From: Myxococcota bacterium
GTDB lineage: Bacteria; Myxococcota_A; UBA9160; SZUA-336
Length of the DNA: 64,000 nucleotides
Reading direction: 5' to 3'
Assembly: GCA_965247115.1 (NCBI GenBank)
Contig: CBDFGR010000003.1
Span: forward strand, 192,001-256,000
In this document: positions 20,329 to 30,540 of the stretch, piece by piece
Position numbering within the stretch: the stretch's first letter is position 1
How the letters are laid out: each line of letters opens with the position of its first letter
Notes under the pieces: model-generated
What the model was told of the DNA's origin: nothing
The model's input: only the letters and a program-made list of their open reading frames with translations
The model's database searches: none
Made by a program: the position numbers and the translations under genes

Positions 20329-21512
20329 TTCAGCACCTCTCGCACGCGATCGAGGATGCGCTGGGCAATCTCGCGCTTGGCCGCAAAGGGCACGTGAATC
20401 ACCTCCAGAGGATCGGGGCCGATGATCGACACCTCGTTCTGGTCGACGCCGAACCCGATATCAGAGCGCGAGACGTCATTGGCCACGACGAGATCACAGC
20501 CCTTCCGCTCGAGCTTGCCCCTCGCGTTCTCGATCAGATCTTCGGTCTCCGCCGCAAACGTGACGACGACTCGACCCTCCTTGCGCGAGCCCACCTCCTT
20601 CGACAGGTCCGGATTCTCGACGAGCTCTAGCACCAGCCCGGAGCGGTCCGCGCGCTTGAGCTTTCGTTCGCTCGGACGCTGGACCGAGTAGTCTGCGACC
20701 GCCGCGGCGAGGACGATGACGTCGGCGGGCTCCAGCATGCCGAGCACGGCCTCCCGCATCTCGGCCATGGTCTCGACGTCCACGCGTCTTACGCCGAAGG
20801 GCGTCGGCAAGCTGACAGGACCGGCAACCAGCATGACCTCGGCGCCGCGGCGGGCGGCCTCCTCGGCCACCGCAAAGCCCATGCGGCCCGACGAGCGGTT
20901 GGTGATCACGCGCACCGGATCGATGGGCTCGGCCGTCGGACCCGCACTCACAAGGAAGACCTTGCCGCGCAGATCGCCGCCGCAGAGGAGCTGCTCCATG
21001 GCGCCCTCGATCTCGTCCAGCTCAGCCAGGCGACCTTCGCCCGTCCACCCACAGGCGAGCTCTCCGCTGCCCGGACCGACAATGTGCGCACCACGCTCTG
21101 CGAGCAGATCGAGGTTCGCACGGGTCGCCGCGTGCTCATACATGTTCACGTTCATGGCGGGCGCAACGACCAGGGGCGCTCTTGTGGCAAGGCAAACGGT
21201 CGACAAGAAGTCGTCCGCCAGCCCGTGCGCGAGGCGCGCGATCGTGTTCGCGGTGGCGGGAGCGATGACCACAACCTCTGGCCAATCGGCCAAGTCGATG
21301 TGCGAGATCTCCGACTCCTCGGTGAGCGAGAAGAGATCCGAGCGCACGCGGTTCCCCGAGAGCGCTTGCAGCGTGAGGGCGGAGACGAAGCGCAACGCAT
21401 TGGGCGTAGCGGCAACGCGCACCTCGTGACCCTTGCGCTGCAGGATCCGAACTAGCTCGCAGGCCTTGTACGCCGCGATGCCGCCAGACACGCCGACGAG
21501 CACACGACTCAC
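20325..21512 (-). CDS. coaBC: Phosphopantothenoylcysteine decarboxylase/ligase
   Basis: GVSGGIAAYK, APAMNVNM, IDPVRVITNRSSGRMG. Confidence 0.95.
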   Translation of the reverse strand: MSRVLVGVSGGIAAYKACELVRILQRKGHEVRVAATPNALRFVSALTLQALSGNRVRSDLFSLTEESEISHIDLADWPEVVVIAPATANTIARLAHGLADDFLSTVCLATRAPLVVAPAMNVNMYEHAATRANLDLLAERGAHIVGPGSGELACGWTGEGRLAELDEIEGAMEQLLCGGDLRGKVFLVSAGPTAEPIDPVRVITNRSSGRMGFAVAEEAARRGAEVMLVAGPVSLPTPFGVRRVDVETMAEMREAVLGMLEPADVIVLAAAVADYSVQRPSERKLKRADRSGLVLELVENPDLSKEVGSRKEGRVVVTFAAETEDLIENARGKLERKGCDLVVANDVSRSDIGFGVDQNEVSIIGPDPLEVIHVPFAAKREIAQRILDRVREVLK

Positions 21513-21589
21513 GGCTCCATCCTCCGAGATTTCACAAAATCCCGTTCAAAACCAAGTATTTCGACCGAAAGTAACTCCGCCCCGGAGTC

Positions 21590-23692
21590 GTGTCAAACCG
21601 ACTCGATCAAGCTGGCGCAGGCACACCCGAAATAGAAACCAGCACCATCGGTGGAACGACGCTGAACATCGAGACGCAGAGCGCTTTCATGGGTGCCGCG
21701 GCGGCGAGTGTGCTCCTGGTCGCCATCCTGCTGCAGCGCCGCGACCGCGTGGCACTTCTCCTGGCCGCGCTGACGCTATCCTACGTCCTCTGGGGACTCG
21801 GTCGCGGAGCTCGGGCGCTTGGCTACGAGTGGGGACCGATGCTGGCCAGCGTCTCCGTGTGCTGGATCGGCCCGCTTGCGCTCGGCTTTGCGGCGCAGCT
21901 CTCCGGCCGTCGGGCGGAGCTGAGGCGCCTCTGGCCCGTCGTGCTCGCCGCCACCCTCGGGCTCACGGGAGCCCTGCTGGCCCGGGCAACACTCGGAAGG
22001 GTCGTCGAGGTGGCCGCCCACAGCTGGGCGCTCGCCGGCCTTGGCGTCGGAGCAGGACTGCTCGTTCGCTTCCCGCACGCGGAGGATCACGACTCGCCGG
22101 ACTTCACCCGCTTGCGCTACCTGGCCATCGCCCAGGTCGGGGTGTTCGCGGGCGCCGTGTTCGATCTGCTGATGTGGGGCTATCGACTGCCGATGGTCGG
22201 CACCCTGCTCCCTCCCCTTTTCTTTCTGTACGCGGGATACCTTCATCTGGCGCGCGTGCGTGTCGCTGACCTGCGTCAGCTCCTGGGTGACACCGTCGCG
22301 TTGACTCTCATGGCGGCAGGCCTGGCCGGCCTCTTTGCCGCGATCCGAATCTGGGTCGGACTCGAGCTCGACCTGTTCATCTTCAACACCTTCGTCGCCT
22401 CTTTTGCGCTACTGCTGTTCTTCCAGCCGGTGCGCGATCGCATTCAGCGAGCGATGGACCGCACGTTCGTTGCCAGCCGTCTGGAGCTCGAGCACGGCCT
22501 GCAGCCGCTGCTGGAGCGCTTTGCTCAGATTGTGACGCTCGACGAGCTGCTTGAAGAGCTGCTCAGCACCGTCGAGCACACGGATCGCTTGCGCGCCTCC
22601 TCCATCTTTCTCTGCGACGATCCCAAGGTGGGCTTTCAGCAAGTAGGTAGCTTCGGCCTACCGCCACGCACCAGAGTCAGCTTGATGCGCGACCCGGTCT
22701 GGATCGAGGCCCTCGAGTCGCGCAACGCTCTGCTCGCGGAGGAGCTGGAGCGGGCTCGCACCTTGTCGACCAACGAGGAGGAGCGACGCCGCCTCGGCGT
22801 ACTCTGCCGGAGCATGCGCGACCTCGACGCGCAGCTCGTCCTGCCGCTGCGCGCGGAGAGTCTCGTTGGCTTCTGGACACTCACAGACGTGCGCCAGGCA
22901 GAGCCCTTCTCCACCGACGAGGTCCGCTTGCTGCGCGATGTGGCCGACCGCGTGGGCGTGACCATCGAGAACTCAAAGACCTTCGAGCGCATCCGTGCCC
23001 GCGACAACCTCGTGAGCCTCGGCGAGATGTCCGCAGGACTCGCCCACGAGATCCGCAATCCCCTCGCCACGATACGCGGCGCCCTTGCGGTCCTCGACGA
23101 CCCTGACGGCGTGCAGGACCCGGACATCCACCACGTGATCGTCGAAGAGATCCACCGGCTGGATCGCGTCGTAGAGACCTTCCTGGACTACGCACGCCCG
23201 GTCACCCGGCGCACTCCCATTGATGATATCGGCGAGTTCGCGCGCCGTTGCGTGGGCTGCGTCGCGCGCCACAACCAGCGCGAAGAGGTGAAGCTCAGCT
23301 TCGCCATCGCTGCAGCTCTGCCGACGGTGGCCGTGGGCGCCGATCAGCTCGAGCGGGTGCTGACGAACGTCGTCCAGAACGCGTACGAGGCAATTGACGG
23401 CGAAGGCGAGATCCGCGTATCTGCGCGAGTCGTGACCGCTGCGGTGCCGCTTGCGGAACACGTCGAGATCGCCATCGCCGACGACGGACGCGGGATGGAT
23501 GAGGCGACCCTGCAGCGCGCCCTGGTCCCCTTCTTTACCACCAAGGACCGAGGCACCGGACTCGGCCTGGCCCTTTGCGAGCGGCTACTGGGCGAGCACG
23601 GGGGCCTGATCGAGCTGCGCTCCAGGCCCTGGGGAGGAACGGTCGTGCTGATCCGCCTCCCGCGCGATCCCGTCGAAGTACGAGACCCATGA
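21590..23692 (+). CDS. Membrane sensor histidine kinase with GAF-like domain
   Basis: Multi-TM N-terminus, GAF-like region, [14 protein letters not shown]; start uncertain. Confidence 0.85.
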   Translation: MSNRLDQAGAGTPEIETSTIGGTTLNIETQSAFMGAAAASVLLVAILLQRRDRVALLLAALTLSYVLWGLGRGARALGYEWGPMLASVSVCWIGPLALGFAAQLSGRRAELRRLWPVVLAATLGLTGALLARATLGRVVEVAAHSWALAGLGVGAGLLVRFPHAEDHDSPDFTRLRYLAIAQVGVFAGAVFDLLMWGYRLPMVGTLLPPLFFLYAGYLHLARVRVADLRQLLGDTVALTLMAAGLAGLFAAIRIWVGLELDLFIFNTFVASFALLLFFQPVRDRIQRAMDRTFVASRLELEHGLQPLLERFAQIVTLDELLEELLSTVEHTDRLRASSIFLCDDPKVGFQQVGSFGLPPRTRVSLMRDPVWIEALESRNALLAEELERARTLSTNEEERRRLGVLCRSMRDLDAQLVLPLRAESLVGFWTLTDVRQAEPFSTDEVRLLRDVADRVGVTIENSKTFERIRARDNLVSLGEMSAGLAHEIRNPLATIRGALAVLDDPDGVQDPDIHHVIVEEIHRLDRVVETFLDYARPVTRRTPIDDIGEFARRCVGCVARHNQREEVKLSFAIAAALPTVAVGADQLERVLTNVVQNAYEAIDGEGEIRVSARVVTAAVPLAEHVEIAIADDGRGMDEATLQRALVPFFTTKDRGTGLGLALCERLLGEHGGLIELRSRPWGGTVVLIRLPRDPVEVRDP

Positions 23693-25101
23693 GCGCCAAG
23701 AGCCATACGAACCCGCTCGAACCCGGTAGCGAACGGCGCTGTTGTGAGGGCCGTGTCCTCGTCGTCGACGACGAGGCAAACATGCGGCGGGTGCTGAGCG
23801 CACTGATTCGGCGCGACGGCTTCGAGACCGTCGAGGCAGCGAACGGCGTCGCCGCGCTGGAGATCCTGGACGAGGCCGAGGTAGATGCGGTTCTCACCGA
23901 CTTGAAGATGCCGCAGATGAACGGCATCGAGCTCCTGGCCGAGGTCCGCCGACGCCGAGTCGGTATCCCGGTGATCATGCTCACCGCGCACGGCACGATC
24001 GGGAGCGCAGTCGAGGCCTTGAAGCGCGGCGCCTTCGACTTCCTGACCAAGCCATTCGAGCCGGACGAGATCCGCCAGGTCATCACGAAGGCCGTCGCAA
24101 CGCGCAAGCTGGAGGAGACCGAGACCTGCATCGAGCCCGACGAGGATCCCGACCGGTTGCTACTCGGCCGCAGCCCCGCCCTCCGTGCCGTCAAGCAGGT
24201 CATCGAGCGTGTCGCCCCCACCGCGGCAACCGTGCTCATCAGTGGGGAGAGCGGTACCGGCAAGGAGCTGGTCGCGCGCAGCCTGCACCAGCACAGCGGC
24301 CGATACGAGCAGCCTTTCGTGAAGGTGAACTGTGCGGCGATTCCAGAGGGTCTGATCGAGAGCGAGCTATTCGGCCACGAGAAGGGCGCCTTCACCGGTG
24401 CCGCCGTGCAAAAGCCGGGACGCTTCGAGCTCGCGGACGGCGGGACCCTGTTCCTCGACGAAATCGGGGAGATGCCGCTACCCGCACAGCCCAAGCTGCT
24501 CCGGGCCATCCAGGAAGGGCGCTTTTACCGCGTGGGCGGGACCGGCACCATCTCGGTCGACGTGCGGATCGTCGCCGCGACTAACCGCGAGCTCGAAGAG
24601 GAGGTCCGCACGGGACGTTTTCGCGAAGACCTCTTCTACCGCCTGAACGTGGTCCCCATCACGCTGCCAACGTTGAGCGAGCGTCGCGAGGACATCCCCT
24701 CGCTCGCCAAATTCTTCCTGCATCGCGTCGCAGAGCGACTCGGGGTTGGCGCACGCGCTCTCTCCGCTGAGGCACTGACGACCCTTACCCGGCACGACTG
24801 GCCTGGCAACATCCGCCAGCTCGAAAACACCATCGAGCGCGCCACCCTCCTGAGTGACGGCCCCAGCATCGAGGTCGGCGACCTCCCCCCCGAGATCGCC
24901 CGCCCCTGCGAAGGCGACACAGACCCCGGCTCGTCCCTCCGCGAGCGCGTCCGCTCCGCTACTCGCCGCATCGAGCGCGAAGCCATCGTAGAAGCCCTCA
25001 CCGCCACCCAGGGTAATGTCACAAGAGCCGCCGAACAGCTAGGCCTCTCCCGCCGCGGCCTCCAACTAAAAATGAAAGAACTCGCCATCCCCCGCGAGTA
25101 A
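23689..25101 (+). CDS. Sigma54-dependent response regulator (NtrC family)
   Basis: Receiver, GESGTGKE, GAFTGA, HTH; ATGA overlap with the kinase. Confidence 0.92.
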   Translation: MSAKSHTNPLEPGSERRCCEGRVLVVDDEANMRRVLSALIRRDGFETVEAANGVAALEILDEAEVDAVLTDLKMPQMNGIELLAEVRRRRVGIPVIMLTAHGTIGSAVEALKRGAFDFLTKPFEPDEIRQVITKAVATRKLEETETCIEPDEDPDRLLLGRSPALRAVKQVIERVAPTAATVLISGESGTGKELVARSLHQHSGRYEQPFVKVNCAAIPEGLIESELFGHEKGAFTGAAVQKPGRFELADGGTLFLDEIGEMPLPAQPKLLRAIQEGRFYRVGGTGTISVDVRIVAATNRELEEEVRTGRFREDLFYRLNVVPITLPTLSERREDIPSLAKFFLHRVAERLGVGARALSAEALTTLTRHDWPGNIRQLENTIERATLLSDGPSIEVGDLPPEIARPCEGDTDPGSSLRERVRSATRRIEREAIVEALTATQGNVTRAAEQLGLSRRGLQLKMKELAIPRE

Positions 25102-25157
25102 CCCACCAACCCCCAAACACACAACCCTCGCGAGGCCGAGCCCCCTCCGGCACGCCG

Positions 25158-25285
25158 GTCGGAGGGCGGGACGTCTTTCCCGTCCCCCGCGGGACCGTGG
25201 GAGCGATACCCGAGGCAACCCCGACTCCTGTACACGCAAGGAGCGGGGGCCCGCGGGGGACGGGAAAGACGTCCCGCCCTCCGAC
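25158..25285. repeat. 36-bp perfect inverted repeat with 56-bp spacer
   Basis: GTCGGAGGGCGGGACGTCTTTCCCGTCCCCCGCGGG at 25158-25193, reverse complement at 25250-25285. Confidence 0.9.
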
Positions 25286-25305
25286 TCCCCGCCCCGTAGA
25301 GATCT

Positions 25306-25794
25306 CTACCCCCCCAGCCGCTCCCGCAACCGCTCCAGAATCACCGGCGGCACGAACTCGCTGACGTCCGCCCCAAACCGCAAGAGCTCTCGCAACCGCG
25401 ACGAGCTCACATAGAACCAGCGCTCGCTCGTCATCAAGAACACCGTCTCGAGCTCCGGATACATGTGCGTGTTCATCAAGGCCATCTCGAACTCGTACTC
25501 GAAATCGGAGAGCGCCCGAAGCCCACGGATCACGATCCTGGCGTTGCGGTTCCGCAGGTAGTCGACGAGCAACCCCGTCATCACCTCTACCCGAGCCCTG
25601 GGGCGGCCCGCGCAGGCGTCGCGCACCATCTGAATCTTCTCCTCCGGTGAGAACACTCCGGGCTTCTCGACGTTGATGCCGACCGCCACGATCAGCTCAT
25701 CGACGAGTTTGAGGGACCGATCGATCAGGTCCAGGTGCCCGTTCGTGATCGGATCAAAGCTGGCTGGATAGACACCGATCGTTTTTTCGCTCAT
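25306..25794 (-). CDS. coaD: Phosphopantetheine adenylyltransferase
   Basis: YPASFDPITNGHLD, RGLRALSDFEYE. Confidence 0.95.
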   Translation of the reverse strand: MSEKTIGVYPASFDPITNGHLDLIDRSLKLVDELIVAVGINVEKPGVFSPEEKIQMVRDACAGRPRARVEVMTGLLVDYLRNRNARIVIRGLRALSDFEYEFEMALMNTHMYPELETVFLMTSERWFYVSSSRLRELLRFGADVSEFVPPVILERLRERLGG

Positions 25795-26356
25795 TCGTCT
25801 GCACTCCCGATCTCTCGTACCAATCGAACACCGTTTCCCCGTAGCGACGGGACTCCCGGAGTCTCAGCCGCGAACTCGGCTCGGCAGCCGTGTCCCGCTT
25901 CGAGCGCTCAGCGATGAACACCCCCGCCGGTTCCAGCAGCTCCGCGAGCCGCTCGTCGCTGACGAGCTTCTCGAGCCAATCTCCTCGATAGGGAGGGTCT
26001 GCAATGATGAGGTCGAAGCGCACCGAGTGGACACGGAACGCTCGCAACGCGCGGGACACGTCAGTGGCCGAGATCTCGGTAAAGCTCCGCAATTCCAGAT
26101 CCTCCAGGTTCCTTCTCAGCACTTTGAGAGCCGGTCTTGCCCGCTCGACGAACACGCATCCGCTCGCGCCCCGCGACAGGGCCTCGATTCCCGATGATCC
26201 GCCTCCTGCGAAAAGATCGAGGACGCGCGCTCCGCGAACCCTGGGACCGAGCCAATCGAAGAGGCCAGCCCGCGCTCGCGCCATCGTCGGACGCGTATCC
26301 GTGCCTGACACAGAGAGGAGCTTCCGACCTCGCAGGCGACCTGCAACAATACGCAT
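25754..26356 (-). CDS. rsmD: 16S rRNA m2G966 methyltransferase
   Basis: MRIVAGRLRGRKL, LDLFAG, EALSRGA, DPPY; rsmD-coaD pairing. Confidence 0.9.
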   Translation of the reverse strand: MRIVAGRLRGRKLLSVSGTDTRPTMARARAGLFDWLGPRVRGARVLDLFAGGGSSGIEALSRGASGCVFVERARPALKVLRRNLEDLELRSFTEISATDVSRALRAFRVHSVRFDLIIADPPYRGDWLEKLVSDERLAELLEPAGVFIAERSKRDTAAEPSSRLRLRESRRYGETVFDWYERSGVQTNERKNDRCLSSQL

Positions 26357-26599
26357 AGCTCCCCTCAACCGCTGCGAGGGCGGTCGCGTCGGACGCTACC
26401 AGCCGGCAGGAGCGCCGGTCAAGCGAGCGCTCCCATGTGAAACGTGGAACGTGGACAATGTGGGAACTACGTCTGCTATCGTCTTGAACCGGCAGGAAGC
26501 TTCGCTAGCATGCCCGCCGCGAGACGACAAAGTGTGGTGTAAGGACGCGCTAGCCGCAGACTCGACACTGGCGGCTGTTGAAAGGGAGAAGGAGTCGGC

Positions 26600-26893
26600 A
26601 TGGCAGCACGAACACGTTCGCGTACGACCAAAAAGCAGGCGCGCCCCGCGAGGGTGACCAAGGGTACCTTGGAGAAGAGCAAGCGGCGCATCCCGGGACG
26701 CCTCTCGCAAATTCGGGGCGAGCGCTCACAGCGCTCGTTCGCCCGCGAGCTGGGCGTGTTCCAGCAGAACGTGAACCGCTACGAGAACGGCACGACACCT
26801 CATGCCGACTTCTTGATCACCCTGGCCATGAAGGAGAACGTCTCGCTCGACTGGCTCCTGCTGGGTCGAGGAAAGCCCCACCGGCGCGCCTAG
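26600..26893 (+). CDS. XRE-family HTH regulator
   Basis: SQRSFARELGVFQQNVNRYENG...VSLDWLLLG; AAGGAG RBS. Confidence 0.85.
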   Translation: MAARTRSRTTKKQARPARVTKGTLEKSKRRIPGRLSQIRGERSQRSFARELGVFQQNVNRYENGTTPHADFLITLAMKENVSLDWLLLGRGKPHRRA

Positions 26894-27092
26894 TCGCGGT
26901 TTGCGTCGACGGGCCTCGTCCGCTAGAACTTTCCCACTGAGGGAAGTGGATTACCCTCTTGTCGGACTCGTCGAGGCGCAGGAGGACTGCAACTCCTGGC
27001 CCTAAGCTAGGGTCCCACAAGCAGAAATCGGTACCTGCCAGGAGGCGGGTACGAGATTTGAAGATCCCCATCGGGCGGGCGTAGGCCCTGCG

Positions 27093-27437
27093 ATGGGAGC
27101 GTTCATGCAGTACTTGTTAGGGGCCCTGGTCGTTCTATTCAATCTGGCTGACAACGCGACGACGTTCCTCTGCCTGCGCCGGCCGGTTGCCGGCTTCGAG
27201 GTGATCGAGGCGAACCCGCTGGCGCGCTGGTTGTTTGAAAGCGTAGGTCTCGTCGAGGGCCTCATCTTCGAGATGGCCGTCACCACCGCGGCCGTAGGAT
27301 TCCTGATTTGGACCACCCGGATCTCACATCGCACCAAGCTGACCATCCTGATGGTGCTGGTCGCCCTGCCGGCCTGGGCGGCGACGAACAACTACCTGGT
27401 GATCCGAGCGCTGCAGGTCCCACTGGACTGGCTCTGA
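27093..27437 (+). CDS. Small membrane protein (DUF5658-like)
   Basis: NLAD..T and EANPLARW motifs, three hydrophobic segments. Confidence 0.6.
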   Translation: MGAFMQYLLGALVVLFNLADNATTFLCLRRPVAGFEVIEANPLARWLFESVGLVEGLIFEMAVTTAAVGFLIWTTRISHRTKLTILMVLVALPAWAATNNYLVIRALQVPLDWL

Positions 27438-28039
27438 TGCGCTCGCTCGTCGCGCTGATCCTGCTCTCCTGGCTGGCTGGGGGCCTGGCGTGCGTGAAGT
27501 GGGCCCCGTCAGGCGAAACCGACGTGAGCTCGACGGCCGAGCCGCCCGCCGAGCTCGCCGTGACCCCGGGTCCGGCCGACCAGATTGCGGCCCGCTTCGG
27601 ACACTTCCAGACCGGGCTCGCAGCCTTCGAGATTCGGCAGGTCGCACAAGTCGTTTTCGAGGAATCCGAGCGCAACGGATTCGATTGGGAGCTCGTGCTC
27701 GCGGTCATCGAGACGGAGAGCAGCTTCAACAATTTCGCGCGCTCCAACGTCGGAGCCCTTGGCTTGATGCAGATCATGCCCGCAACAGGGGAGATGTTGG
27801 CCGCACAGCTGTCGATCCCTTGGAGTGGCGCAACGACTCTGTTCGATCCCGTCGTGAACGTCAGGCTGGGAATCCGCTACCTGGCGGCTCTGCACGCCAA
27901 GTACCAAACCTGGGACGGCGCCCTGGCCGCGTACAACTGGGGCCCGACCGCGATCGACCGACGCCTCCAGCGCGGTGACACCCTACCTATCCTGTACTCA
28001 CGGGCTGTCTACGCGAGGGTGAAGCAGACGGGCCTATGA
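27437..28039 (+). CDS. SLT-domain lytic transglycosylase, probable lipoprotein
   Basis: AVIETESSF, GALGLMQ, ALAAYNWG; hydrophobic signal ending in LAC. Confidence 0.9.
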   Translation: MRSLVALILLSWLAGGLACVKWAPSGETDVSSTAEPPAELAVTPGPADQIAARFGHFQTGLAAFEIRQVAQVVFEESERNGFDWELVLAVIETESSFNNFARSNVGALGLMQIMPATGEMLAAQLSIPWSGATTLFDPVVNVRLGIRYLAALHAKYQTWDGALAAYNWGPTAIDRRLQRGDTLPILYSRAVYARVKQTGL

Positions 28040-29449
28040 GCCGAGTGCTCCCACGAGCGCATCGATTGCAGCATCGACGTCGAGCCGGTTTCCACGAGCC
28101 CCGTTGACGAGGATCGCGAAGGCCAGCCAGCGCCCGTCACTAGCGGGCACGACCCCGCTCAAGGAAGAGACTCGCCGCAAGTGTCCCGTCTTGCCGCGCA
28201 CGGGAACCGCGCCGTCCTCCATCCGGTCTTCCAGCGTTCCATCGAGCCCACCGAGCGGCAGTGAGGCAAGGAACTCGGGCCCGGAATCGAAGCTGCGCGC
28301 CGCGCGCCTCAGCACCGAAACGAGCGTTTGCGGCGAAACCTTGTTGCGTCGCGAGAGCCCGGAGCCATCCGCAATCACGCCCTGACGATCCTCGATGCCG
28401 ATGCTGCGCAGGAACGCCTCCATGGCTCGTGCACCCTTGGTCCACGTTGCCGGCGGTCCGTAGATGTCCGCCCCGAGTTTTTTGGTCAGCTGCTCGGCGA
28501 TGAAGTTGTTGCTGTACTTGTTGAGCTTCCAGACGATCTCGCCCACGCTCAGGCCCTCGAACTGGAAGAGTTCCCGCGCCCGGACGGGGATCTCCGCGTA
28601 GCGAGTCTGACTGCGCACCCGAACGCCTTGCGACTCGAGCTGGGTACGCAGGACCGCGGCCGCGTAGCGAGAAGGCATCGAGACGGCGCGCCGGTAGGCG
28701 AGCGGTCGGCTCCCTAGCGGAAAGGCGCCCTTGACGAGCACGCGCTCTCCTGAGCCGTCGGCAAGGGGCACTAGCTGGAGCTGCAGGCGTCGACTGCGCA
28801 GAATCGTGGTCGCATCCGATCGTGTGCGAAAGTACGACGTGTTCGGGGCGACCTGTACCCGAGCCGCGTCCCCGACAGCCGCCCCACCGATCACCTCGAT
28901 CTCGAAGGTCGAGTAGTTGACGGCAAAGCTACCCGTCGGAGCCTGGTCGCTACTGGCCGAGAAGGGGCCCCAGTCCGGATGGAACCGAAGCCCGTCGAAA
29001 TAGCTGGCGTCGATGCGAAGCCCCTCGCGGATCTCGGTGATGCCCCGCAGTCGGACCTGTTCCGCCAGCTTCCAGAGGCTCTCGGACACATGGCTCGGGT
29101 CCCCACGACCCACGATCCAGAGGGAGCCGTGAAGGACCCCCTCGTCGTCGAGCTCGCCGTCAATCATGACGGGTGTCGAGAAGTTGTGCGCCGGGCCCCA
29201 GTGCGCGAGGGCGGCCGCGCTGATCAGCAGCTTCTGGTTCGAAGCGGGCACCAGCGCCCGCTCCGCGCGATGTGCGAGCAGGCGGTCCCCGCTCTCCAGA
29301 TCCAGAACGACAACACCGACGCGGGCACCCTGAATCGCCGGATGGCGGAGGAACGCCTGCAGACCCTCCTCCAGGGCACGGGCCGCGCCCTCCTGGGGCA
29401 GCGCGATGCAGAGGAATACGAGCGCGATGAGGAGTCTTCGGGGCAGCAT
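28034..29449 (-). CDS. dacB: D-Ala-D-Ala carboxypeptidase/endopeptidase (PBP4)
   Basis: PASNQK (SxxK), SNN, DGSGLSR, KTG. Confidence 0.92.
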   Translation of the reverse strand: MLPRRLLIALVFLCIALPQEGAARALEEGLQAFLRHPAIQGARVGVVVLDLESGDRLLAHRAERALVPASNQKLLISAAALAHWGPAHNFSTPVMIDGELDDEGVLHGSLWIVGRGDPSHVSESLWKLAEQVRLRGITEIREGLRIDASYFDGLRFHPDWGPFSASSDQAPTGSFAVNYSTFEIEVIGGAAVGDAARVQVAPNTSYFRTRSDATTILRSRRLQLQLVPLADGSGERVLVKGAFPLGSRPLAYRRAVSMPSRYAAAVLRTQLESQGVRVRSQTRYAEIPVRARELFQFEGLSVGEIVWKLNKYSNNFIAEQLTKKLGADIYGPPATWTKGARAMEAFLRSIGIEDRQGVIADGSGLSRRNKVSPQTLVSVLRRAARSFDSGPEFLASLPLGGLDGTLEDRMEDGAVPVRGKTGHLRRVSSLSGVVPASDGRWLAFAILVNGARGNRLDVDAAIDALVGALGS

Positions 29450-29539
29450 CGGTCGCGCTGAACGGTAGGCCACCGCGACCCACGACGCAGCCGCCCCTGC
29501 AGCGCTTGCGCTTTCCCGTCCTCCCGGCATCCTGCCCAC

Positions 29540-30535
29540 GTGGGCGGAAATCACTCCAGCGAAGGCCAGGAAACGGCCGCCCGGACCTGGATCGAGTCCA
29601 CGTGCGCGACACCCGTGGTTCGGCTGCGCGAGCTTGCGGGCGGGGCAGGTGCGCGGCGGTACTGGCGGGTCGAGCTCCACGATGGACGAACCGTGGTCCT
29701 CATGCACGCGCTCCCGGAGCGCCCCGAGATCGTGCCCCCAGGCCTGCGCGATCCCGGCCCGGTCATTCCTTTCGTGGCCGTCTCGGACTACCTCGCGCGC
29801 CACGGCATCCCGGTCCCTGAGATCTACGCGGTCGAGAGCGGCCAACGCTGGATCCTGCTCGAGGACCTTGGCGATCTGCACGTGCGCGACCTCGACCCCG
29901 GCTCCAGGAACGAACGTCTTGGAGAAGCGGTTCGGCTGCTGGCGAAGCTCCACGAGCTTCCGCCGGAGGACGAGCTCCCTTTCCGGCGAGAGTTCGACGC
30001 GGCCTGGATTCGCTTCGAGCTGCAGACCTTCGCAGACGAGCTGCCTTCCGGGGCTCCGCGAGCCGCGCTCCTAGGTGAGCTCGAACGACTCGTGAAGGCT
30101 GTCTCGCAGCTGCCACGCCGGCTGTGCCTGCGCGATTATCAGAGCGAGAACCTGATGATCGACAGCACGGGGCGGCTCCGAGTGATCGACTATCAAGACG
30201 CGCTTCTGGCTCCCGTCGAGCTCGATCTGGCTGCCCTGCTTTTTGATTCCTATCTCGACATCGCCGCCCCGGAGCGGGAGCGTCTGCTTCGCGCGTACGC
30301 CCGGTGCCGCGGGGAGTCCCTCGATCCGACCGCGCTGTCGTTGCTGGTGGTACAGCGGAAGTGCAAGGACTTCGGGCGCTTTCGAAACATGATGAAGAGA
30401 GCGGGTGAAACACGCTGGAGGCTCCCGCTGGAGCGGGCCCGATCCGCCGTACTCGGCGCGCTGCCTGGGCTGCCGCCCGGCTTCGACAGGCTGGCCCAGC
30501 TCCTTTCCCGTGTGCTCCGCGAGGACAGACCCTGA
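29540..30535 (+). CDS. amgK: AmgK-like MurNAc/GlcNAc kinase (APH fold)
   Basis: RRYWR, LLEDLGD, RDYQSENLM, IDYQDA; followed by a nucleotidyltransferase. Confidence 0.75.
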   Translation: MGGNHSSEGQETAARTWIESTCATPVVRLRELAGGAGARRYWRVELHDGRTVVLMHALPERPEIVPPGLRDPGPVIPFVAVSDYLARHGIPVPEIYAVESGQRWILLEDLGDLHVRDLDPGSRNERLGEAVRLLAKLHELPPEDELPFRREFDAAWIRFELQTFADELPSGAPRAALLGELERLVKAVSQLPRRLCLRDYQSENLMIDSTGRLRVIDYQDALLAPVELDLAALLFDSYLDIAAPERERLLRAYARCRGESLDPTALSLLVVQRKCKDFGRFRNMMKRAGETRWRLPLERARSAVLGALPGLPPGFDRLAQLLSRVLREDRP

Positions 30536-30540
30536 GAGCA

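Noticed and set aside
26894..27092. Known c-di-GMP-I or c-di-AMP riboswitch
   Set aside because: Could not match their consensus elements by eye; kept only as a low-confidence structured leader.
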